A stretch of DNA of 64,000 bases from Selaginella moellendorffii. Lineage: Eukaryota > Plantae > Lycopodiophyta. The translations under genes and the position numbers were made by a program. Below, one piece after another: positions 1-11,700 of the stretch (within the stretch, counting starts at the first letter, position 1; every line of letters begins with the position of its first letter). Where the stretch lies: contig NW_003314281.1 in NCBI RefSeq assembly GCF_000143415.4, forward strand, positions 2,213,405 through 2,277,404. Reading direction: 5' to 3'. The notes below the pieces were generated by a model that did not search any database, had not been told where the DNA came from, and was given only the letters and a program-made list of their open reading frames with translations.

Positions 1-599
1 TCCAGCACTCAGTGAACACATGCCACCTCTCTTTACTAGCAACCCAGCAACTACGCCATCCTTTTCAGCTGCTGACTTCTTCAATCCGACATATCAGACT
101 GGCCACCTTCTCAGAGTACCACCACCATCTTGGCACTCCACCATATCACTCCACCATATCGGTGCTGGAGTAGGCGCAGGAGTAGGAGCGAGAGCGGGTG
201 GTTACTAGTTACAGGTATCCGGCTACTAGTTACCGATTACCGGTTACTGGCTACTCCGAGTGGTCAGCGCTTACTCTACGGGCCAACGGTTATCAATGGC
301 TCCCTTTTCAGAGTGCCACCACCATCTCGGCTCTCCACATTTAGTATTGTGAGACACAAATCTCTAAGCCCCAAATTGAAGCAAAGAGGGTGCTATATGG
401 TAGTGGCTAAAGCGAAAGCCAAACGAGTGTAACACGTTTGGACTAAATGTTACAACTCAAAAAATCCAAAGTGGGAGTGGAATTCCTAATAACGTGCTTG
501 AGAAGTAAGCATGAAGCAATCAATAAGCAAGCCTATAAAACAGGGACACAAAAGGACTAACACATGGTACGTGAAAGTGTTGGGACCGAGGCTGAAGCT

Positions 600-2165
600 G
601 GAGCTGGAGCTAGAGTTGGTGAATTTGGTGCCAACACTAGCATGACTTCTCCACTTGAACTAAAAAAAGATGAGAGGGTAATTATTGACTCTTGTTTCAC
701 ATTCACTTTGGCTAAAGTGCATCTTGACACTTTGACTGGAGATCTAATAACTTGAATTTTCTTCGACTTGAAATTCTGCAAATCCCATTGTTATCCACCC
801 TCGTCCATACCAGAAAGAAGAAACTCTAAGTATGCAACTATACCAGTGTTGTTGCGAATCACAGCCTCTACAGAAATAGAGCCAATATGAAAATCAAAAC
901 ACCGACATAAAAAACTTTCAAAAACAATACTTTGAGAGAATGAAAGAGGTGGGTGATCTCGAAAATGAAAAAAAAACCTCTTTATCCTTCTCAATAGGTT
1001 TTGGAGTTCCTTCTCTTTACACTATTTGTAAAAATCCATAGCAAAACATATTTGAAATTTAAATAGAGCAATAAGAAGAATGTCAACAACGTACAAAATG
1101 AATTTAAATTCTATAGCAAATTTAACATGTTCAAGTGTGATAATATTGATATTACTGTAATCTATTATGATGTTTGATGCATGTATACACATAGATCCAA
1201 TGAAGGATTTTCAATATGTGAAGTTTGATAGTCAATAATGATATCAGTAATGACATTCTGCTATAGCGTGTCAATCCAAGGGATTCAAACTGATTGTCAG
1301 CACGTCTAATGTGTCAAGTCATCAAATCTTAAGTGGTAGATGATAATAAATCTTGTCAAATCTTATTCTTCAATGAGAGGTTTGATTCGTAATGCAACTC
1401 AAGTTTTATCCATAATTGTGAACACTACTCAATGATATTTAAAGCATGTGCCTATTGTTTAGGATCTAATACAATACAAAATAAATTTCTGGATGAGGAT
1501 TCATCCATTCATAGATGGATATAGTAGAATATATTTTAACGTGCCTTATTTATACTCTTTAAAGTTCTTATAATGATTCCAAAATATTTATAAAATATTG
1601 ATGAGAATGTATCATTTCTAGATAATTTGTAAAAAAAGAAAATGTTGATAGGTGCTAGTTATATCATCATTAAAATATACAAAATAAAGAACCATAATTC
1701 ACATATAATAACAATGATAAGATAAAATAAGATCAAAGATATTGTGATGGTTGAGATTTAGGTTATTCAGAATGAATGGCCAGGATGAGAGATTGGTTAG
1801 GGTTAGGACAGCCATCAAGATTATGGTTAGGGTAGCTGCCAAGATTAGGTTACTGTTTGCACCGTGAGTGGAGCGCGCAAGAGATCAAGGGATTGAGCGT
1901 GAAGGAGATCAAGGGATTGAGGGCGAAGGAGATCGAGGGATTGAGTGCACAAGAGATTGAGCAATTGAGCACGTAAGAGATTGAGTGATTGAGCATGTAA
2001 AAGATTGAGAGATTGAATGTGGAGCGCGTGAGTGCGAGAGATTGAGCGTGCAAGTGGGAGAGATTGAGTGTGGGAGAGTGCAGGAGATGGAGCACACTAG
2101 TGTGAACATGAGTTGAGATTGAGAGTGAGAGAGTGTGAGAAATTCAACACAATCGAGAGATCGGG
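600..2165 (-). mobile_element. 5' part of a degenerate MULE-like DNA transposon: N-terminal transposase exons (~600-1000), AT-rich upstream region and GAGATTGA-rich repeats (1870-2165)
   Basis: Colinear and homologous with 35760-37160. For example, RCTLAKVNVKQES and HFRDHPPL..SQSIVF occur in both; at the second site they continue into MULE-type core motifs. Confidence 0.65.
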
Positions 2166-2264
2166 AAGGAAAGATGCCACCAAGGGTGAGTTTCAATTTG
2201 ATTGCTTCCATTTCCATGTTTTTTCTTGTTTTTTCTATCACCTTTTGTCACTAACCCAAGCTCA

Positions 2265-2865
2265 ACCTCGGGTAGTTTGGCTGCCCAAGGGACCAAGATT
2301 ATTTGAATAACCTCAGCCCTTTGGATGGCCAAAGTGCCCAAAGTTGAGCTTGGGCCAGCCACCTCGAGCACTTTGGCCACCCGAGGGGCCAAGGTTATTT
2401 AAATTACCTTGGCCCCTCGGGCAGCCAAAGTGCCCGAGGTCAAGCTTGGGCAGGCCACCTCGGGCACTTTGGCCACCCAAGGGGTAGAGGTTATTTGAAT
2501 AACCTCGGCCCCTCGGGCAGTTAAAGTGCCTAAGGTCGAGCTTAGGCAGGCCACCTCAGGCACTTTGGCCACTCGAGGGGCCAAGGTTATTTGAATAACC
2601 TGGGCCCCACGGGCAGCCAAAGTGCCCAAGGTTGAGCTCGGGCAGGCCACCACGGGCATTTTGGCTACCCGAGGGGCTGAGGTTATTTGAATAACTTAGG
2701 TCCCTTGGGCAGTCAAAGTGACTGAGGTCGAGCTCAGGCTGACCACCTTGAGCACTTTGGATGACAAGGAGGCCGAGGTTATTTAAATAACCTCAACCCC
2801 TAAAGCCCCTAAAGTGCCCAAGGTCAAGCTCGAGCCAGCCACCTCGGGCACTTCGGTCACTTTGG
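2265..2865. repeat. Tandem array of ~6 palindromic 96-bp units
   Basis: The TTATTT(G/A)AATAACC core recurs at 2299, 2395, 2491, 2587, 2683 and 2779 (exact 96-bp period). Each unit contains inverted arms GGCCCCTCGGGCAGCCAAAGTGCCCGAGGT / ACCTCGGGCACTTTGGCCACCCGAGGGGCC. Confidence 0.9.
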
Positions 2866-3489
2866 AAAAATTGTAGATGAAACAACCTCTCCAATCTTGA
2901 CTTGTCACAAAATAATGAAACTCTATTGAAGGGAAGATAGCATGCATATAAGAGGGAGAACAAACTATCAATGGTATAACTCTTATAATTAATCGGCGCC
3001 TCTTGCTCTTAACCCCATTCATTTCAACAGTATTATTCCTCTTATAATCAATTACACAAGTCTTAATATCTAAAGCATTGAATGATTGTGTCTGGAAAGA
3101 ACATGTGAAATCTATGTTTATAGTAGATTTGTCCAATAAATATATCTTACCATTTGAAAAGTTAAAGTACTGTTAAAAAGTTGACATATCACTAGAATCT
3201 AGGAAGCAATTGCCATTAAAGAGAATGAAAATCATGACTATTGATTGTGACCGTTAGTTTTTAGGGTTTTATGGCTAAGGTTTAAGCAAGGAAGGGTGAG
3301 AGAAAAGCACTTGAATCTCACAATGTGCTTCAAGATGGTTCATTAGAATGCTAAATGCTCTTCAAGACACTAGAAAGACACTCCTCAATCAAGGTATGCC
3401 TCTCAATCTCCCTATGTGCTACTTTTCCATCTCCCCATCTCTTGCTCCTAGCTCACCAGCAACTTGCATCTCACGGCTACTTTGTGCAG

Positions 3490-3790
3490 GAATGATCAAT
3501 TTGGAAGCAAACCGAACTTCCTAGCACATTAGATTCTAGGTTTTTTTTTTTTCTTGTTGTTCCCTTGGTGCTGTAAGATCAGTTTAGTGACGAACCGATC
3601 TTCCCAGTGCCAAGGGAATTGCTTCTTTTCTTTTCTTTTTTTTCCCTTGGTATTGGAAGATTGGTTCACTGCCATACCGATCTTCCCAACGCTAAGGGAG
3701 CTACATTTTTTTCTTTTTTTCTTTTGTTCCCTTGGCACTAGAAGATTGGTTTGGTAATGAACCGATCTTCCCAACAAGGAATTCGCTCTT
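3490..3790. repeat. Array of ~4 hairpin-forming ~83-bp units
   Basis: TTCCCTTGGTGCTGGGAAGATYRGTT-loop-AACCGATCTTCCCAGYGCCAAGGGAA separated by T-tracts; reverse complement of the array at 23640-24120. Confidence 0.8.
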
Positions 3791-3859
3791 ATTTTTCTTT
3801 AAAACTTTTTTTAATGTTTACTCAAGTGTTTTTGTCATTTTTATGTAGACATATAAATC

Positions 3860-6425
3860 ATGCCACAACAGAAGAAGCATGCCAATCAACCTTAATGGAC
3901 CTATTCTCCAGAAAAGCAACTAGATCATTGTGCTAGATTCACTAAGGACACTTCAGAAGTTCAAAGAACCACTTTAGAGGAAGACCATGGTGGGAGCAGT
4001 GGTGTCTAGATCTAAGTGATGGTTGATCCTGATCCAAACCTCTACGTGGCATAGAGAAGCTGCTCTAGGTTTGTATAGAGAAGGGCATTCTCTTAGCATT
4101 CAAGAATGTAGAGGCCTTGATCATGCTGGAGACAAATGGTTCTAGAGAGTGTGGAAATGTAGAACCTATCTATAGTGCAGGAGAAGCTGCTGGTGGTGGT
4201 GGAAATGAGGCACCTAGTACCATAGGTGGTGGGGCAGATCTTGGTGGCAGAAATGAGGCACCTGGTGCCATAGGTGGTGGGGCAGATCTTGGTGGTGGAA
4301 ATGGCAAACATATTTCTATTGTTGAAGGTCACAAAAATGAGGTGGTAACTATGCTAAAGGCTAATACAATCTTAATGTGCGAGTACATGAGACTATTGTC
4401 TAGGCTCAAGAACAAACTATCAACAGGGTGTGATGTGAAATGGCTTGGAAAGGACACCCAACATCTTCAAATTCCACTTTGCCGTCTTAAGTAGAGTCAC
4501 TGGATGCGCTCAGCCTACAACCTCAACATGGCTATTTATACCTCTTTCACAAAGGTTGGATTCAGGCACACTACTGGATCATTTATTGTGTCATCATCAT
4601 TCCCCAGAACAAATCACATAGACATGGTTACTCACGAGATTGAGCAGACTTGGGATCAAAGGAAATCTCAAGAGTTTGATACTTTGATGGTGTCCCACAA
4701 GGAGACACAAGCCTTTGTAGGCCGGATGTTCTTCATTATTGATGGAAATCACCGGTGGCTTGCGTTTTGGAGGTGTATCCAAGAGAAGTTCTAGGACGAT
4801 GACGAGTGACATATTTGTGTTCCAGTGACACTTATGGAGTTATAGGATCGAAACCAAGCTGTGAGGCTCAACTTGGCATGTCACAAGATCAACATGTAAG
4901 AATCTTTTACAAGTAACCTTTGTTCTCACCAACTATGTTATAGGCTTAATCAATTTGCTTTCCAAGCACATATCTTGGTCCATGATATTGAGCACCTTCA
5001 ATATGTTACCATCCTTTCTCTCGAGAAAATCCAGATGCTGTATAATCGTGAGGTTATGCAAGTAGTTCAAGCAAAGCTTGTAGCATGTAAAGGCCAAGAG
5101 TTGCTTACTTGGTATCAGGTGCTTATGGATTTTTTGGTTGCGGTCTGGGCAAAAGTATCCTTTTCTTGCATAAACTTGTGTTTTCTACTCACAAATTTTC
5201 CTTAGCCAATTGTCAAGGTAGAGCAAAACTTGCAAGTGACGGATGAGGGGCAAAAGAACCTTGAACTACGACAAATTGAGCAGCGTATTTTGAACTTGAA
5301 AAAGTCAAAGGTGAAGAAGCTACTTGCAATTGTAGACATCTGATGTGATAAAGATTGGTTGGATTGCATTACAGAGATATGCTCTGATGGCAGTAAGTTA
5401 ATCCCTTTTATCTTTCTCATTCCACTTTGAAGTCCTTGTCCTTGCAGGAAATGGTAAAGCACATGAAGAATTGATTTATAACATTGCAAAAAGCAAACTC
5501 TCCTTCAATGAACAAACCTCTTGCTTGGAGCTCCTCAACACTTGCCATTATAGCAATGATAAGAGTTTGCAAAGCAAGCTTGAGAATGTGATGAAGGAAA
5601 AGCTTTATATCACTCAAAGTATTATAACTATTAAGGAGCTACTTCAAACATGGGATACGAAGTTCCTTACTAGTGCCCGCACTAACATAACACTTCTAGA
5701 ATATAACCAAACTTTGCTTCAAGAGCTTGGGGATGGATGGCTTCCTAATGGCAACTCAAGCTCTATAGATTTCAAGAACTAACCGGGCCAATTGTTTTTC
5801 TTATGCCACATGGCATATAGGTATATTGCAAGAAATTGACTTGCTTATTTAATCATGGCTATTTTGTAGGTATTTAAATAATTGCTCAAATGCTCTAATG
5901 TACATAGCAAGAGTTTTTCTCAAGCTCTTAACTGGTGAGAAGAAGCTTAGCATGTATAAGCCAATGTTCCATTGTCCCACTGTGTGGGAGCAAGAACTTT
6001 GTCCATGGTACTTGGAGTTGTGGAGGCAAATGCCATCATCACCTTTTGAGCTCAATCTCATCCAGGTTTGACGAGTAAAACTTCCTAGCAATAACTTATG
6101 TTTCTACTTTATTGTAGAGCCACTTTTTGAGGGAGTGGAGATGCCTCAGGATAGAGATGAAATTCATATTGAGCAGACCAAAAAGGAACAAGAACAAGTG
6201 GAGAACCCGACTGAAAACTCTCCTGCCCCATCTCATCCTACAGCAGTTGCTCATTCCCCAGATCCTACTGCTGCTGCTCGTCTAGCCCTGACTACTCAAA
6301 ATGTACGAAGGTAGCTCCATAGTGTGGATGTTCAAGAGAGTAAGAACTTGATTTCCAATGACCTTGCTTATTGTAATTTTGTTGTAGACATCGGAGAAAC
6401 TAGCTAGCACTCTATACACCGACGT
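3860..6425 (+). pseudogene. Intron-containing transposon-associated gene with a ParB/Srx-like motif (copy A), disrupted
   Basis: ORF pieces 4117-4494, 4504-4794 (MFFIIDGNHRWLAFW, motif at 4741-4755), 4975-5205 and 5471-5782 are linked by short GT..AG introns and interrupted by TAG/TGA stops; an inverted homolog lies at 21100-23592. Confidence 0.6.
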
Positions 6426-6539
6426 ACAAATGCATTCTTTCCATCCCTCCCCACTGCTACAGAGGATGACCTCTCTTGCCAGAGATGCTATAGAAGATGC
6501 TAAGTCTGAGTCAAAAGAGGAAGAGCCAAATGTTGCAAC

Positions 6540-7800
6540 ACTGCAGCGTATGACTCAGGAAGTTAAAGTTGAGAACTTACAAAGGGAAGTTCGCAAATTG
6601 AAAAAGGAGAACAAAAAGAGGAAGAAAGAAGCTGAGGTGGCTAAACCAGCTAAATCTAAGCAATCGGACTCCTCTTCAAGTTCTGAGAACAATGACGTTC
6701 TGCAACTACCTCCGATTGCATGAGTTTCAAACTTCAAACCTCCAAAACCTTCCAATTTCAGAGGTATGTAGGACTATCAGGTTTTGGAAGACTGGGTCTA
6801 TGATATAGAAAATTATTTAATAGTGGCAACGTAGATGATCATACGAAAATTGCCTGTATGCAATCCTTTCTCACCGATCATGCCAAAACTTGGTGGTGCC
6901 AAGTGTGTGCTGAAAAAGGGCAGACTAGAAGTTGGACCAAGATGCAATCTTGTATCCATAAGGAATACTTGCTAGATGATCTTGGTCTGAGACTTCGTGT
7001 GGAGCTGTGGCGGTTAAAGTAGCAAGGGGACCTTATGTATTATATTAATGTGTTTGCTTATGATTGCCAATATGAGTGATGAAAATGCTCGGAATTATTT
7101 CCCAAGTTTAAGTTCACTTTCTCGCAATGAGATTTTGAAATTTAAGCTGAAGACATACCTAGAGTGTAAGGAGGTAGTGCAATAAGTTGCCTTTAGTCAC
7201 TCGCTTATGGAACAATATTAGCAGCCATATGCTAGTACCTCAAACAAGAATAATAATTCTAGGAATAAACAAGGTGATCGAAAACAAAGGGTGGAAGGAA
7301 GATTCTGCCCTAGAGGCTCACAAGCAACAATTAATAAAGGTGGTGGTGGTTGGAGACCACCAGCAGTTTCTTCTGGTCCTAGGCCTTCTGTTCCTCCTCC
7401 TAGTGGGTACAAGTAGGAATAACCTATGCTCCTAGTGGAACGGGTAGTGTGGGTCATTGTGGAGAATTAGGACATAGGTCCTCGGAATGTCCTAACAAGC
7501 ATAAAACAAGGTCTCGTGTTAATGTCATGAGGGAAGACAGTAGTGGTGAAGCTGAAGGGGTTAATAAGTTGGTCAATGCAGACTAATGAGGAAGAGGAGG
7601 TGAGTTACTTTTGTTGCTTTTATCAAGCTTTTCTCGCAGTCAATACAAACATTGATCCATTGATATATCTGGTAGGCTTTGTCTGTAGACACTAAATTCG
7701 AGTGATGATTAACAAAGGAGCTATGCACAGTGTGATATCCAAAAACTTAGTTAGGTTGTTAGGATTGAATGCTAAGTAGATGTTGCCCATACACTTCCGG
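6540..7800 (+). mobile_element. Decayed Ty3/Gypsy retrotransposon, 5' part (gag, CCHC zinc knuckle, protease N-terminus)
   Basis: FKPPKPSNFRG..LEDWVYDIENY and LTDHAKTWW (gag-like); C..CGELGHRSSECP at ~7447-7492; degenerate protease motif MINKGAMHS at ~7705; the reading continues after the insertion at 15079. Confidence 0.8.
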
Positions 7801-8728
7801 TGTCGCGCATGTGACTTCGGGTATCGAAAGTTACCTGTCGACTAGTCCTTACGGACACTCTTACCTTACTGCCACGATGGCAGGAGGTCGGTATTGCTGG
7901 ACCCTTTATCAGTCCCTCTTGTGCTAGTGGAGTTAACTGGGCATTTCGAGTGTACTTAGACCGGACGAGCATAAGGACGGAATTCCTACGTGTTATTAGC
8001 TAAGCATACTTAGCCCGGTAAGGAGTTCCCGTCTCGTTTTGTCTTGCACTTGCTAGTGACAAGAACCCTCGCGTATTGAGATTAGTCCCTCAATATCGCT
8101 ACATGATAGCTTACCGTGTCTGCCAAACACCCTCGCTATCATGCCCTTTGTGTTAGTCTCATTTCGGTCCCAAATGCTATTTATGGAAAGTGTCCAGATT
8201 TGCTCATTTGGCATATCTACGGAATGTAGAGATCGTCCTGAACACAATGGTGTTCGTCCCGTGTCCAAATTCGCAATCTAAGGACATTCCATATTTAGTA
8301 AGTTTCGAGCTTATCCCAGAGACTAACTCCTAATACTAAGGGAGGCTTGGGGTGAAAGCCCAAAGCGTGTGTTCCTCAAGGGGGGGGGCTGTGGGGGGTT
8401 CCAAATGTATAGTAGGGATAGTGGGTAGGTCGGGCATGGCCGACCAACCTGAGGCATAGTCTAGCTCCCGCTTGCGTGCCTGTCCTTGTTCTGCGTCCGG
8501 CTTGGGTCTAAGCCCAAGTTCCATTCCATGCTAGTTGGTGGAGTACCCATATCCTCGCGTTAGGCCACCGGTATGCCGAAATAGCGCCAGACTCTGTTTG
8601 GCTCCGTTTTGCGTGCTGGTCCTGGCATTGGGATGCTGGTTGCTCTAGGACTGTTCCAAGTCGCTCCGGGCTCCTGTCCCTTCGCTCCTTGGGCTATATG
8701 CTCGGGAGTTGCTCCGTGGTCCGGTTTC
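7801..8728 (+). repeat. 5' LTR of the nested element (runs into the N-gap)
   Basis: Near-identical to 14056-14838; begins with TG immediately after the TSD. Confidence 0.88.
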
Positions 8729-11700
8729 NNNNNNNNNNNNNNNNNNNNNNNNNNNNNNNNNNNNNNNNNNNNNNNNNNNNNNNNNNNNNNNNNNNNNNNN
8801 NNNNNNNNNNNNNNNNNNNNNNNNNNNNNNNNNNNNNNNNNNNNNNNNNNNNNNNNNNNNNNNNNNNNNNNNNNNNNNNNNNNNNNNNNNNNNNNNNNNN
8901 NNNNNNNNNNNNNNNNNNNNNNNNNNNNNNNNNNNNNNNNNNNNNNNNNNNNNNNNNNNNNNNNNNNNNNNNNNNNNNNNNNNNNNNNNNNNNNNNNNNN
9001 NNNNNNNNNNNNNNNNNNNNNNNNNNNNNNNNNNNNNNNNNNNNNNNNNNNNNNNNNNNNNNNNNNNNNNNNNNNNNNNNNNNNTAGGTTTTGGGTTACC
9101 TTATTGTACCTTATGATGTGAGCTTGCGCTTGGGCTCATAGGATGGATTGGAGTTGTTCCAGTTACACGAGTTTGAGTTTGGGCTCGTGAGTGAGGCGCA
9201 TTAGCAACTTGAGGTTACACTTTGAGTTGGCAGGATTAATGTTAGCCTATCGGTGGTTCCATAAGTTGTTCCATGTACCGTGGGTGAAAGTAAACCTTCC
9301 CTGGGTTTGCTATGAGTGGCAAATAGGCTGGTCCGTAGCTGTTTAGCACGGCACTAGTAGATCCTTCCTAGGCATGATTACAAGTGGATCAACTAAGACT
9401 GTAGGGATTAGTCTATTGGTTCAAGTAATCATTGCCGTGCTTTCTTATAAACTTTTCTTGGATTGGACTGAAGGCAGTGCGAACGCAGGCTTGAAGTGTA
9501 GTCAAAGATGAGACCGAAAAGAGAGTCGTCGGGGACGAAGGATCAAATACGTAAATCATTTTCTCTTCTTGGAGAGATGATTTGCAACGAGGTGTAACTC
9601 ATTGCTCCTGTTCACAATATGCAATCAAGAGTCCATACCTTGATGCATGTTGGAAATGATGGTCTTACAAATGGTGAGTTATGGGATGGATAGCGGTGAA
9701 GCGCTAAACCATTTTGTCTAGGCTTGCTATTGGGAGATTTGGGTTGCAATGCTCAATTCTTTTTCGGGGAACCTTGCTATTGCTCCTTGAGTAGCTTGGT
9801 GCTGGATTAGTTTTGAGTTTGGTCGGAAAGAGAGTGGCATGAGCTTGTCCGTGTTGTGAACAAAAGTTAGTGGTGTTGGGTGTTGTAAGTCTCTATTAAT
9901 GGAGTGTGGCATCTATGTTGCATTTTGTCGAATCGAGTTTGCACTTGATACTCACATAAACCTTTGAAGTAATGACATAGACATCGCTCGTGGTATTGCT
10001 CAATTGATGATCAAATCATTGTGATTTCCATATCATATCCATGTGATGATGAGCAATGTGTTTACGAAGTTGCTTGGTTAAACGATGATCAACCCCAAAG
10101 TGGTTGATAGTGAAGCTAGTCTACTTGCACGAAGTAGCATTGTAGTAGCTTTGATTGGATTCTCTATAGTGGTCCATTATGCTAAGCTTAAGTTGGTTCC
10201 TTGTTTCCTTGAGGGTTTGCCCATAAAGTGTTGGAAAGGGTTATAGCATTTACTTGCTATAACTTGTTGGTTGATCCGTTAGCACTTGGAGTAGATTGTT
10301 GGATGGAGAAGATGTGTAGTTGGGGCATTGACATCACTAACACTTGTGTTAGTGGAAATGGCATTGTTACTTCAAGTGATGAAGAATTTTTCCTTAAAGC
10401 TTGATTTTCCATGTCATTTTTCTTGTTAGTGTTTTAGCTTCACATTGGATCTTGAAGGTGGTTGAAGAAGAGTGTTAATGCAATGTGGATATCCAAAGAT
10501 GTGGTCTTCGTGATCAAACTTTAGATGTTCCATTTGCATTTTACGGATATCAGTGTTGGATGTCGAAAGAATGGGCAGAAAGAGATGTTCGAGGCTTAAG
10601 CATACTATGGATCATGAGAATTTGTGTTGAGGTGAACCTATGTGAAGTTGTTAGTAGGAGGAAGTTGGTTGAGTCTTGAAAGTTTGTATTCCTGGACTGA
10701 GAGTCATTCTTTCTCTAGGATGGAAATTTTCCACAAATTTTCTTAGACTTTTCCAATAGCTGATCTATTATCACTTTGTCCGAAAACCATTCCGTTTTCG
10801 TAAGCCAATACAAACTAGTGAAGGGGTTGGAGTTGACTTCAGTTGGCTTAAACCTTAGTATGTAGTTTGTATGATGCGGCCTGAAAGGGATGCTGACTTT
10901 TGGGGCTAAGGCAATTGAGTTGGATAGAGTCTGGAGTTAATGTAGAAAAGTGGTTGTTGCACTTTTCTGAGAAAGGTGACCCTTGTACCTTTCTTTTGTA
11001 GCGTTATGCTTGGTGGCAGGTTGCACTTTGCATTTCGTTAGACTCTATGAGAGTAGTGAGCTCTCACTGATCTTGATTTGGTCTTGGTGGCCCTGCGCCT
11101 TGGCTAAGGATGGTGATGTTCAACTTAGTTGTTTGAGTTTAAGATGTTGGTACCCGTATTATAGCTTTGTCTATGAGGAGGTTGTGTACCGATATGAGTC
11201 CATCTCATGGTCTTCACTTTAGTTTCGGCTGAGTGTTGATCATGCATAGCTAGCCTCTTCAAGGCATGCTCAGAGCTGTTGGCTAAATGCATTAGTGAGC
11301 TTATTGCAGTTGAGTTGGAGTTGAGTGGTCATTTAGTTTGTGCTTGCCCATGAACGTTTATCTTGACCTGGGGTATCATGTTCATGTTGGACAAGTATAT
11401 GACTTGATGGCATGAGTTTAGTGTTTGAGTCTTGTGAAGGCAAGTTGAGGGGTGATTGTTAGTTGCTTTGCGACTAGTGATTGCTTGTAAACTTTGTCGA
11501 AAGACTATGACACTTGCTTCACTCGATGATGATTTAGCAGTGATGGGCTTGCTTTGCCGGATGGTGTTGCGGAGGATCGTGTCGTTAGACTTACATGGGT
11601 TTTCCATGTTGGCATGTTGACTCTATCTCTGTCAATATCATTTGGTTGCGTTTAGTTCATAATGTTGGATTTCATTGAGTCTTGGACGTGGTGATTCACT

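Noticed and set aside
1-450. Short direct repeat (~108-140 vs ~303-338) and small ORFs
   Set aside because: Cut by the window edge with no recognisable motif; probably TE debris.
2265-2865. CRISPR-like array
   Set aside because: There are no unique spacers; whole units are repeated, the context is eukaryotic and no cas genes are present. The same applies to 23640-24120 and 31165-31312.
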